The notes under the pieces: model-generated
Told to the model about the DNA's origin: nothing
Seen by the model: only the letters and a program-made list of their open reading frames with translations
Databases searched by the model: none
Source: an uncultured Gammaproteobacteria bacterium
GTDB taxonomy: Bacteria; Patescibacteriota; Patescibacteriia; Patescibacteriales; UBA12465
Direction: 5' to 3'
DNA length: 52,626 nt
Assembly (NCBI GenBank): GCA_964616855.1
Contig: CAZTUJ010000006.1
Span: 1 to 52,626 of the forward strand
Shown here: piece by piece, positions 36,814-45,596 of the stretch
Layout: each line of letters starts with the position of its first letter
Position numbering within the stretch: the first letter of the stretch is position 1
Position numbers and translations under genes: made by a program

Positions 36814-36845
36814 AATAAAACCGCCTAGCCAAAGGCGGTTTTATT
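36814..36845 (+). terminator. Intrinsic terminator
   Basis: AATAAAACCGCCT/AGGCGGTTTTATT. Confidence 0.75.
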
Positions 36846-36941
36846 AAAGAGGGCGAATTTACTTTATCCATATTTTTCTGTTATAATAACAATAATCGCC
36901 CTCATCTTGAAAGGGGCGCCTGAATTTTAGAAAATTATCTT

Positions 36942-38312
36942 ATGTCTAAGAAAATTATCGCTCTCGCCTTAATTGGCGTCTTTATTCTCAGCTCCGGTTT
37001 TGGCTGCAAAACAGTAGATAAAAAAACTCAGGAAGCCATGCAGCCCATTACTCTAACATACTGGCGCGTCTTTGATGGTCCCGATGCTTTTCAAGAAATA
37101 ATCGGTAAGTACAACGCTATCCATTCTAACGTCACTATCAACTACCGCAAGCTGCGCTATGAAGAATATGAAACTGAGTTGTTAAACGCCTTAGCCGAGG
37201 ACCGAGGCCCAGATATTTTATCCATTCACAACACGTGGTTACGTAAATATCAAAATAAATTAGTACCCATGCCCGCCAGTATTACTATGGCCTATCCGGT
37301 GGAGAAGGGCACAATCCAAAAAGAAATTGTTCCGGAACTACGCACCATCAAAAGTCCGACCCTCAGAGAACTAAAAGATAAATTTGTGGACGTTGTCTAC
37401 AGTGATGTGGTTTTAGATGATAGTCAGGTTTACGGACTACCTTTATCAGTTGACACTTTAGCTCTATACTACAACCGCGATCTCCTTAATAACGCCGGTA
37501 TCACTGATGCCCCCCGCTATTGGAATAAAGAGTTTCAACAAAACGTCAAAAAATTAACCAAGCAAGATCCGGTCACCGGTATCGTCCAATCTGGCATCGC
37601 TTTAGGCGGAAGCAGTAACATTGAAAGATACAGCGACATTCTGGCCGTGCTAATGCTCCAAAATGGCGCCGTCATGATGGATGGTAAACAAGTATTATTT
37701 AATACCATTCCCGCTGCCACTAAAGATAGAAAATATAACCCTGGTCTTGAAGCTTTACGTTTCTATATTGATTTTTCCAACCCCGGTAAGGAAGTTTATT
37801 CTTGGAATGAAACACTGCCTAATTCTTTAGAACTCTTTGCTAACGGCAAATTAGCCCTGATGTTTGGTTATTCTTACCATCTAGCTACTATTAAGGCCCA
37901 GTCACCAAAATTAAACTTTTCCGTCAGCCCTCTACCCCAGATTGAAGGTAGCCAGTATGAAGTCAATTTTGCTAACTACTGGGTAGAGACGGTCTCGAAA
38001 AAAAGTAAATATCCAAACGAGGCCTGGGATTTCATTATTTTTGCCACTAAAGAAGAACAGGTGCAATCATATCTTACTAAAACTAAGCGACCAACGGCCT
38101 TACGCGCCTTAGTAAAAACTCAAAGTGAAGACAATGAAATTGGCATCTTTGCCTCACAACTACTGACCGCCAAGAGCTGGTATCGTGGTAAAGATGTGAC
38201 TTCGGCAGAAACAGCTATCGGTGAAATGATTAACAATGCCCGCCAAAATACCGAAAGGATTTTAGAAGTTATCAATACCGGCGCCGCGAAAGTGCAGCAA
38301 ACGGTAAATTAA
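36942..38312 (+). CDS. Extracellular solute-binding lipoprotein (sugar ABC family 1-like)
   Basis: Lipobox-like GFGC; GPDI, YGLPLSVDTLALYYNRDLL, FANGKLALMFG, AWDFI. Confidence 0.88.
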   Translation: MSKKIIALALIGVFILSSGFGCKTVDKKTQEAMQPITLTYWRVFDGPDAFQEIIGKYNAIHSNVTINYRKLRYEEYETELLNALAEDRGPDILSIHNTWLRKYQNKLVPMPASITMAYPVEKGTIQKEIVPELRTIKSPTLRELKDKFVDVVYSDVVLDDSQVYGLPLSVDTLALYYNRDLLNNAGITDAPRYWNKEFQQNVKKLTKQDPVTGIVQSGIALGGSSNIERYSDILAVLMLQNGAVMMDGKQVLFNTIPAATKDRKYNPGLEALRFYIDFSNPGKEVYSWNETLPNSLELFANGKLALMFGYSYHLATIKAQSPKLNFSVSPLPQIEGSQYEVNFANYWVETVSKKSKYPNEAWDFIIFATKEEQVQSYLTKTKRPTALRALVKTQSEDNEIGIFASQLLTAKSWYRGKDVTSAETAIGEMINNARQNTERILEVINTGAAKVQQTVN

Positions 38313-38316
38313 ATTT

Positions 38317-38736
38317 ATGCTTAAAAAATTAATCATCAGCGTCGCCGTCGTCTTCAGCTTATTTTTCGTTATAGCCCCTAATTTGGTGGCAGCCGAATCA
38401 ATTGTTGATAACACCTCGGTAAAATACGACAAGGGAAACTACAATCTCAATGACATGGTCCTAGTGGCTGTCGGCGCCTCGCGCTGGATTTTAGGAATTG
38501 TGGGCTCTCTCGCTTTATTAATGTTTATCTACGGTGGTCTGATGTTTTTAATCTCAGCTGGTAGCAGTGATCGCGTTAGTAAGGCTAAACTAATTCTCAT
38601 CGCCGCTGTAGCCGGGCTAGCCATTGTCTTTGCTAGCTATCTCATTATTAAATTTGTTCTCGGCACTATGGGAATTAACTGGGACGGCAGTAATGCGGAA
38701 GTAGTTTTACAAAGCAGTACCGCAAAGTTCTTATAA
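38317..38736 (+). CDS. TrbC/VirB2-like pilin
   Basis: Signal peptide; YGGLMFLISAGSSDRVSKAK...GLAIVFASY. Confidence 0.8.
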   Translation: MLKKLIISVAVVFSLFFVIAPNLVAAESIVDNTSVKYDKGNYNLNDMVLVAVGASRWILGIVGSLALLMFIYGGLMFLISAGSSDRVSKAKLILIAAVAGLAIVFASYLIIKFVLGTMGINWDGSNAEVVLQSSTAKFL

Positions 38737-38743
38737 CACCCAC

Positions 38744-39421
38744 ATGAACGGCTTCACCTTAAAAACCTTAGCAATTGAAGAAAGGGTAGGAGAAAAGTTG
38801 CGTTCAGCGCGTCAAAATCAAAACGTTCCTCTAGAAATAATTGCCAAAAAACTACGTATCCGCCCCGAATATCTCCTGGCTCTAGAAAATGAGGAATACG
38901 ACAAGCTGCCCTCTGGTTTATACGGTCGACAATTTCTTAAAGAATATTGCCAGTATCTAAAGTTGGATATTAAAAAAATCCTTCCTCTTAGCCCCTTTGC
39001 TGAAAATCAAGCCGGGAATGACCCCTTTTCCCAAAAGATTCTCCGCCGACACAAATTCTTAGTCTTCCCTAAATTAATCCGTAACCTGCTTTTCATCTTC
39101 TTATTTCTTATCTGCCTACTCTATCTATTTATCTACTTCCGCCGCCTAGTTTCCCCGCCCTCGTTATCCCTGGAATACCCCGACCGTAACTTAGTGAGCA
39201 CGGAGTCAAAAATAGAAGTGAAAGGGCAAAGCGACCCTGAGACTGAAATTACCATCAATAACACGAGCATCATGAGCGCCCAAGACGGATCCTTCTCGCA
39301 AGAGGTAAAGCTAAAAAAAGGTTTGAATAATCTCACCATCAGTGCTAAAAAAAAATACGGCCGGGAAAGCGTGATTGAACGCCAAATCCTAGTCGAAGAC
39401 AATTATGAGCAGTCCCAATAA
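38744..39421 (+). CDS. RodZ-like HTH + TM + Ig-like protein
   Basis: GEKLRSAR...YLLALE...LP...FLKEYC; TM; GSF...LKKGLN. Confidence 0.8.
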   Translation: MNGFTLKTLAIEERVGEKLRSARQNQNVPLEIIAKKLRIRPEYLLALENEEYDKLPSGLYGRQFLKEYCQYLKLDIKKILPLSPFAENQAGNDPFSQKILRRHKFLVFPKLIRNLLFIFLFLICLLYLFIYFRRLVSPPSLSLEYPDRNLVSTESKIEVKGQSDPETEITINNTSIMSAQDGSFSQEVKLKKGLNNLTISAKKKYGRESVIERQILVEDNYEQSQ

Positions 39422-39956
39422 AACCTTACTATTTGACATAAATTTTATTTTAAATAAAATAGCAATTGGAGAGGGACAGAAGGTGGCCGAGCTCGGTTGC
39501 GGTAATTTCGGCTATTTTGTCTTTCCGGTCGCCAAGCTGATAGGACCAAGAGGTCACCTCTTCGCGGTTGATATCCTCAAAAATACCTTAGAAGACATTA
39601 AAAAAAGGGCTTTGCAGGAAAATCTTCAACAAATTGAAACCGTTTGGAGTAATCTCGAGATCTTTAAAGGAGCGAAAATTGAAAGCGCCATCCTCGACCA
39701 AGCCCTACTAATCAACATCCTGCACCAATCAGAAAAAAGAGTAGAAATTCTCCGCGAAGCCATCAGAATGCTGAAAACTGGAGGAAAATTACTGGTAGTA
39801 GAGTGGAAAAATATTGCCAGTCCCTTAGGGCCAAAAACGGAACAGCGGGTTAATAAAGAGACGCTGAAAGAGGCGGCTCCGAAACTAGGCCTATCTTTAG
39901 CCGCTGAATTTGAAGCAGGCCCTTATCATTACGGATTAATATTTCATAAATCATAA
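39405..39956 (+). CDS. Class I SAM-dependent methyltransferase
   Basis: VAELGCGNFG, AVD, LKTGGKLLVVEW. Confidence 0.85.
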   Translation: MSSPNKTLLFDINFILNKIAIGEGQKVAELGCGNFGYFVFPVAKLIGPRGHLFAVDILKNTLEDIKKRALQENLQQIETVWSNLEIFKGAKIESAILDQALLINILHQSEKRVEILREAIRMLKTGGKLLVVEWKNIASPLGPKTEQRVNKETLKEAAPKLGLSLAAEFEAGPYHYGLIFHKS

Positions 39957-39961
39957 AAACT

Positions 39962-40345
39962 ATGCAAAATTTACTGACCTGGCGCTTTTGGTTCAATCTG
40001 CGCCCCGAATCCCTGTTGCCCTTATTTACTAACTTGTTCTTAGGTTTGCTCGCCCTTTTACTAATAGCCACTATTTTTACTGCCTTAAAACAACGACGCA
40101 AAAGCTTATATAAAAACTTCTGGAAACGTTCATATGGCTTTAGTTTGGGCAATCTGCTCATCGGAGCCGTTCTCTTCTTCTTCAATTACGAAAGAGCCGC
40201 TTTTCTCTCTGCTCGCTTCTGGCTCGCTCTCTGGGTAATAGTCATGATTGCTTGGCTAATCCCCATTATTAAAAGCTACCGCCGCGTCCCCCTGCAAAAG
40301 AAGAAAATAGAAAAAGAACAAGAATTTAAAAAATATATTCCCTAA
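39962..40345 (+). CDS. Three-TM membrane protein
   Basis: Three TM, FLSARFW, C-terminal KKYIP. Confidence 0.7.
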   Translation: MQNLLTWRFWFNLRPESLLPLFTNLFLGLLALLLIATIFTALKQRRKSLYKNFWKRSYGFSLGNLLIGAVLFFFNYERAAFLSARFWLALWVIVMIAWLIPIIKSYRRVPLQKKKIEKEQEFKKYIP

Positions 40346-40347
40346 AC

Positions 40348-40377
40348 AAAAAACCCTCCGCTAACGGAGGGTTTTTT
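40348..40377. terminator. Bidirectional terminator
   Basis: AAAAAACCCTCCG-CTAA-CGGAGGGTTTTTT. Confidence 0.8.
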
Positions 40378-40386
40378 AATAATATC

Positions 40387-41760
40387 CTAAGAACGGAGGC
40401 GCCACACCGTAATGGGACCTTCAAAGAAAATAGCGTCATAATTTTCTTTAATAAATCTATCAACCGGATTATCTTGATTGTGCCGAAAGCGCTCTAAAGA
40501 ATTAGGGTAGGCAGTTACAGCACAACCTGGGGTTTCCGCCTCCAGTTGCGCGCGTGCCTGATTAAATTGCACCTCCGTCTGATGGCCAGTAATTAAGATA
40601 TCAAAAGAAGTAGCGCTCAGCTTACCAGTCTCTAAATAAACATTGGGGAAAAAGGGGCCGGCATGCAAAGATTTATCTGGGCATTCCTGCCTAATTACCT
40701 CTAAGAACGGGTATTCTTTATCGTTATAATTATTAAAAATTAAAAGATAAAAAAACATACTTACCGGAAAAAGCCAAATCCAAGCTAAACCAGGGATGGC
40801 TAAATATGATAGGAACTTAGGCTGGTGCTCAGCACTAAAGATAAGGGGCAACAAGGGAAGCATTAAACTTAAAGCAAGATTTAAATGATAGTAATCAGGT
40901 AAAGGATAACAAGAAAGTAAAAAACCAGCACTTAACAAAAGCACAAAATTGATAGAGCGGGAGCGTCTCCGCCAAGAGATGGTAATTAACCCTAGTGAAA
41001 AAAAAGCTAAATACAACAAGAGATAAGAAATACGATTTGATTCAATATAATGAAATAAAGGAAAAGAAATTAAATTCTCCCATAAGAGCGCTGGTGGCCA
41101 AAATAAAAATAAGACGGCTAAAGGCAGGGCGGTTGCCAAACTATAAAGTAAAAAGGAATGAAGACGCTCCCGCAGTGATCGGTCGGCAAAGGGCCAGAGC
41201 AAAAATAAAGCACTGACGCCAGCCACCACCAAACCCTTCTGCTGGAGCAAAAGAATGCTTAAGCCCATCGTCAAACCGGCAAAAAATAACCATAAATAAC
41301 GCCGTGAATGCAAATAACCCAGATAAAAATACAGGGACCAGATAATAAAGACGAGATTATAAAAATTATGATTAATAATCCAGAGCCAAGAAGAACTAAG
41401 AACAAAAAAGAAGGGGACAAATAAATTAAAGGGCGATGGCTTCAGTTTCTCAGCTGCTTTATAAAGGCCAAGGGCTCCCAACATTAATAAAAAAATGGAA
41501 AAAATCTTAGCGGACCAGAAACTGGCGCCGACCAGCTGCCAAAGCCAATATAAAAGATAAAAGCTCAGGGGCGGCAAGAAGGAAAAAAAATCAAAATAAA
41601 GGCGGCGGCCATTATAAAGATTCCAAGCTCCGTTTAAAGTTACGCCTTCATCACCATTTAAAAGATGATTAAAATGAAAAAATACGGCTAAGGCGATTAA
41701 AAAAAGCGAATATAAAAATAGCCAAATTTTCCGATGCTTTAAATTACTGGACTCTTTCAT
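40387..41760 (-). CDS. GT-C (ArnT/PMT-like) membrane glycosyltransferase
   Basis: DEG motif after TM1, LYFDFF...PP, about 11 TM, soluble C-terminal domain. Confidence 0.7.
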   Translation of the reverse strand: MKESSNLKHRKIWLFLYSLFLIALAVFFHFNHLLNGDEGVTLNGAWNLYNGRRLYFDFFSFLPPLSFYLLYWLWQLVGASFWSAKIFSIFLLMLGALGLYKAAEKLKPSPFNLFVPFFFVLSSSWLWIINHNFYNLVFIIWSLYFYLGYLHSRRYLWLFFAGLTMGLSILLLQQKGLVVAGVSALFLLWPFADRSLRERLHSFLLYSLATALPLAVLFLFWPPALLWENLISFPLFHYIESNRISYLLLYLAFFSLGLITISWRRRSRSINFVLLLSAGFLLSCYPLPDYYHLNLALSLMLPLLPLIFSAEHQPKFLSYLAIPGLAWIWLFPVSMFFYLLIFNNYNDKEYPFLEVIRQECPDKSLHAGPFFPNVYLETGKLSATSFDILITGHQTEVQFNQARAQLEAETPGCAVTAYPNSLERFRHNQDNPVDRFIKENYDAIFFEGPITVWRLRS

Positions 41761-43342
41761 AAATGATGCTTAAATTATCACTAAAAACTACTCGCCAATC
41801 AGGGGATTGGCTTAAATAAGAGTATAAAGGATTATCCACAGTCAACTCCTGTTCCGTTACTTGAAAAAATAATTTTTCACTTTCCCGCAAACTTAGGGGT
41901 GGACGAATTTGTTTAATTAAAACCAAACGAATATCATAATCAGAAAGCAAAAAAGTAAAATCGCTATCAGGACTTCTAAAAGCTAAATATTCTTCTAAAA
42001 TCGTCCGACCACGATATGGGGCCTGAGGCATCCGTCCATCAATAAATAGCTCTTTTTCGGGATAAGCAAAAAGCAGAAAACCACCCCAGTTATATTCATT
42101 AAATAAGCGCCAAGAGCTTGTCTCGGGACGAGATTGTAAATAAGAGACAGCGGCACAAGGATATTTTTTCCCACAAAAATCTCTGATACCATCCTGCTGC
42201 CAAGGCAAAGAAAAACTCGACCAAAGAGCGTAAGCACCAATAATTAATAAACTAGCAACACCCAGGCGAAGGAGCCAAATTTTTTTAAAAGGCCAAGAAA
42301 AATTATTAATAAATTCCTGGACTACCGCCGACATCAGAGGTAAAGAAGCGATTACAAAAATGGGGAAATGCCGACGGGACCGGAAAGCCATAATAAAAAA
42401 TAAAATAGCTAAAGCCCAATCCCAAAGAGAAAAACTAAGGCGCTTGCCAAAACTCCATAAATATAGAAAAAAAGCAGCGGCCAAAGCAAGGTAATATAAT
42501 TGGGGATAATATAGAGGCAGAATAAACTGACTTTGCCACTCATGGATATAAGTCATGTAGAGAGTGTTGGAGTAAGAGCCTAGAAAAGAATATAGGCCCA
42601 AACCATAGGGATTAACCAGGGTCGCTAGCAAAGAAAAAATAAAAATTAAGCCTAAAAATAAACAGTCTTTTTTAGAAAAAGCGGAAATTGCAAATTTTCT
42701 AAAAATAGGCCAATTTTTTATCAACCCCGCCAAACAAGCATAAAGACAATAGGCAAATAATAAAGACAGGCCCAACAAAAAACTGCCATGCAGATTGGCC
42801 CACAGCATGAATATTAAAGGCAGGCTTAAAAACCAGAGGCGATAACGAGAAAAATGGGAGAACAAAAAAAATAAAATAGAAAGAAACAGCAAGCCAATTT
42901 CCTGGACTCTTAAGCCAAGATGGGGGCGGCTAGCAAATAAACCTAAGGCCAAACAAGCAAAAATACCAATCAACAAAGCCGGATCACTCTTAAAAAAAAG
43001 ACTAAAATTAAAAATGCGGCGCCAAACAAAAAAAATGGTTACTGCCATAATAAATAAGAAAAAGAGATGGAGGCCCAAAAACGAAGTCTGACTGAAAATC
43101 AAAGCCAATCCGTAGTTTAACAGCCATTCATGATCAACCCAGCCCTGACCTGATAAAGTATAATTATAATGATCGGTAGTCGGGGCCTGCCCAGTCGCCG
43201 CAATCTCGGCTCCCACCCGTAAATGCCAGCCTAAATCGCTATCCGAATAAGAAAAAGAATTTCGCAATAAAAAAATGGCCAAAACAAAAAACAAAACCCA
43301 GGGCAAGAGAACTATTGACAATTTATAAATTTTATTAGTCAT
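41744..43342 (-). CDS. GT-C-like polytopic membrane protein
   Basis: DSDLGWHLRVG, WVDHEWL, WANLHG, NPYG, EW, R, YNWGG...FIDGR. Confidence 0.7.
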   Translation of the reverse strand: MTNKIYKLSIVLLPWVLFFVLAIFLLRNSFSYSDSDLGWHLRVGAEIAATGQAPTTDHYNYTLSGQGWVDHEWLLNYGLALIFSQTSFLGLHLFFLFIMAVTIFFVWRRIFNFSLFFKSDPALLIGIFACLALGLFASRPHLGLRVQEIGLLFLSILFFLFSHFSRYRLWFLSLPLIFMLWANLHGSFLLGLSLLFAYCLYACLAGLIKNWPIFRKFAISAFSKKDCLFLGLIFIFSLLATLVNPYGLGLYSFLGSYSNTLYMTYIHEWQSQFILPLYYPQLYYLALAAAFFLYLWSFGKRLSFSLWDWALAILFFIMAFRSRRHFPIFVIASLPLMSAVVQEFINNFSWPFKKIWLLRLGVASLLIIGAYALWSSFSLPWQQDGIRDFCGKKYPCAAVSYLQSRPETSSWRLFNEYNWGGFLLFAYPEKELFIDGRMPQAPYRGRTILEEYLAFRSPDSDFTFLLSDYDIRLVLIKQIRPPLSLRESEKLFFQVTEQELTVDNPLYSYLSQSPDWRVVFSDNLSIIYERVQ

Positions 43343-43443
43343 AAGAATATTTTAACATATCCCCAATTGTTTGTCTTCCGTGCTATATTATGGTAAAATA
43401 GAAACATCATTTAAATTATCAACAACTAGAAAGGTGGTGAATT

Positions 43444-43827
43444 ATGAGTAAAAAAATAGTAAAAAATTTATTAGCCTTAGCGATGTTATCCTTCCTCGCA
43501 TTGCCTTTAGTGACCTTTGCACAGGGTAATATGGATGTGGGTCTGAATGAAATCGAAAATGGCTTTGCTGACAATGGTCTCGGTAATACTGATCCGAGAA
43601 CAACTGTTGCGAGATTAATTAACGTCGCTATGCTCTTCTTGGGTATTATCGCGGTTGTTATCGTCTTGCTTGGCGGTTTCAAATGGATGACCGCAGCTGG
43701 TAACGAGGACAAGGTAGGCGAAGCGAAGAAATTAATGGGCGCTGGTGTCGTCGGTTTAGTAATCGTGCTGTCTGCTTGGGGTGTTGCCAACTTCATCTTA
43801 AGCAAGTTGATCACAGCCACCAACTAG
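43444..43827 (+). CDS. TrbC/VirB2-like pilin 1 (candidate major subunit)
   Basis: Signal peptide (TFA-Q); GGFKWMTAAGNEDKVGEAK; AAAGGTGGTGA upstream. Confidence 0.85.
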   Translation: MSKKIVKNLLALAMLSFLALPLVTFAQGNMDVGLNEIENGFADNGLGNTDPRTTVARLINVAMLFLGIIAVVIVLLGGFKWMTAAGNEDKVGEAKKLMGAGVVGLVIVLSAWGVANFILSKLITATN

Positions 43828-43843
43828 TAATTTCTAGAATCGA

Positions 43844-43923
43844 TTTTGGAAAAGAGTGGTCCTTGCCTAGCAGGGGCCACCGCCCTGGATATCAGTTTTG
43901 CTGGTTTCCAGAGCGGTGCCAAA
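43844..43923 (+). other. GC-rich structured intergenic element
   Basis: Hairpins 43856-43880 and 43880-43916; possible closing stem TTTGG/CCAAA; no U tract. Confidence 0.55.
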
Positions 43924-43944
43924 CCAAGACAAAAAAATAACTCT

Positions 43945-44337
43945 ATGCTTTGCTCAAAATTCGTCAGAAGCGTATCTCTCTTTATTATAACCAGCTTTTT
44001 AATGGCCGGTTTTTTTAGTGCTTTCCCCGTATTAGCCGAAGACTACGGCCTTAATACAAGCGCGGGCCAAGTCACTGCCTATCAAGATCAAATAAGTAAT
44101 CCAGACGACAACTTTTTAAGCACTAAACTAGGCACCATTATCGGCATCGTACTCTCCTTTGTCGGTGTAATCTTCCTAATCTTAATGATTTTTGCCGGCT
44201 TAACCTGGATGACGGCTCAAGGCAATCAAGAAAAGGTGGGAAAAGCTAAAGATTTAATGATTAACGCTATTATCGGCTTAATTATTGTAATGGCCGCCTA
44301 CGCCATCACCGCTTTTGTCGGCGATCGCCTTATTTAA
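43945..44337 (+). CDS. TrbC/VirB2-like pilin 2
   Basis: ATG 43945; AGLTWMTAQGNQEKVGKAK...IIGLIIVMAAYAI. Confidence 0.85.
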   Translation: MLCSKFVRSVSLFIITSFLMAGFFSAFPVLAEDYGLNTSAGQVTAYQDQISNPDDNFLSTKLGTIIGIVLSFVGVIFLILMIFAGLTWMTAQGNQEKVGKAKDLMINAIIGLIIVMAAYAITAFVGDRLI

Positions 44338-44343
44338 TAAGTT

Positions 44344-44748
44344 ATGTTTAATTTTCAGACTCGCCTTTTATTTCTCATGCTCACTATCTTTGGCAGTATT
44401 TTAATGGTAAGCAGCGTTAGTGCTCAAGGTTCTTATAATTTTGCCAGTTCCAGCGGTCTGACTCACACCAGCCAGCAAGCGGGCTATGATATTAGCGACC
44501 AAAGCCAGACGCCAGAAGCCTATATCTCTAGAATAATTGAGATTATTCTTTCAATCTTAGGGGTTATTTTTCTAGGACTAACCATCTATGGCGGTATTGT
44601 TTGGATGACCGCCCAGGGTAATGAAGAGAAAGTTAGTAAAGCTAAAGAATTAATAACTGAAGCTATTATCGGCTTAATTATCGTTATTGCCGCCTACGCC
44701 ATCACTTACTTTGTTTTAAAACTTACCAGCGGCTCCTTACTCCAGTAA
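44344..44748 (+). CDS. TrbC/VirB2-like pilin 3
   Basis: GGIVWMTAQGNEEKVSKAK...IIGLIIVIAAYAI. Confidence 0.85.
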   Translation: MFNFQTRLLFLMLTIFGSILMVSSVSAQGSYNFASSSGLTHTSQQAGYDISDQSQTPEAYISRIIEIILSILGVIFLGLTIYGGIVWMTAQGNEEKVSKAKELITEAIIGLIIVIAAYAITYFVLKLTSGSLLQ

Positions 44749-44752
44749 CATC

Positions 44753-45154
44753 ATGAAAAAAGTAATTAAAATTTATTTTAGTCTTTTTACCATCAGTCTT
44801 TTTTTATTACCATTAGCCATCAATGCTCAAAATGAGAAACCAAATCTAAAGGACGCCTTTGGTAAAGCTACTGACAGTCCCTTGCAAACAGTGGCGGGAT
44901 CACAAGGAGCTGGTTATCTTGCTAGTGTCGGAATCGAGACTTTAGCTGGACAGGTAATTACCGCCCTTACTTCATTGTTAGGGGTAATTTTTGTCCTTCT
45001 AACCATTTATGGCGGCTTTCTCTATATGAACGCCCGCGGCAATGAAGAACAGACCAAAAAAGCCAAAGCTATTATTACTCAGGCCTTAATCGGCTTAGTA
45101 ATTATCTTGGCCGCTTACGCCATTTCTTACTTTATTCTCAAATTTTTAATCTAA
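44753..45154 (+). CDS. TrbC/VirB2-like pilin 4
   Basis: GGFLYMNARGNEEQTKKAK...LIGLVIILAAYAI. Confidence 0.85.
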   Translation: MKKVIKIYFSLFTISLFLLPLAINAQNEKPNLKDAFGKATDSPLQTVAGSQGAGYLASVGIETLAGQVITALTSLLGVIFVLLTIYGGFLYMNARGNEEQTKKAKAIITQALIGLVIILAAYAISYFILKFLI

Positions 45155-45164
45155 ACACCCTCGT

Positions 45165-45593
45165 ATGAAGCCAAAGAACATCAAGCCAATTATCACCTTA
45201 TTACTATTAACGGCCATCATGGTCCTGCCCTATCTAGTGTTTGCCCAGGGAACTAATACCATTAAGCCCGAATCAAGTGCTAATCCCCTCACCATGCTGA
45301 GAAACATTGCCGCTGGTGAAGCTGGCCCCTATGATGATGCCACTGATCAAGACTCCCTCCCCATTATTCTCGGCTTTGTAATTAACGGCGCTCTTAGTCT
45401 ACTCGGTGTTATTTTTATCATCCTAATGGTCTTAGCCGGCTATAACTGGATGACGGCCTCTGGTAATGAACAGAGAATTGACGAGGCTAAGGATACCATT
45501 AAACGCGCCATTATTGGCTTAGTCATTACTCTTGGCTCTTGGGCAATTTGGAATTTCTTGGTCGCCAATCTAATTAATAAACTTTCAGCTTAA
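45165..45593 (+). CDS. TrbC/VirB2-like pilin 5
   Basis: AGYNWMTASGNEQRIDEAK...IIGLVITLGSWAI. Confidence 0.85.
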   Translation: MKPKNIKPIITLLLLTAIMVLPYLVFAQGTNTIKPESSANPLTMLRNIAAGEAGPYDDATDQDSLPIILGFVINGALSLLGVIFIILMVLAGYNWMTASGNEQRIDEAKDTIKRAIIGLVITLGSWAIWNFLVANLINKLSA

Positions 45594-45596
45594 TAT

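Noticed and set aside
43419-43823. 134-aa antisense ORF over pilin 1
   Set aside because: The sense ORF has the SD, signal peptide and family motif.
43846-43944. TTG-start extension of pilin 2
   Set aside because: Runs through the structured spacer; ATG 43945 yields a normal signal peptide.
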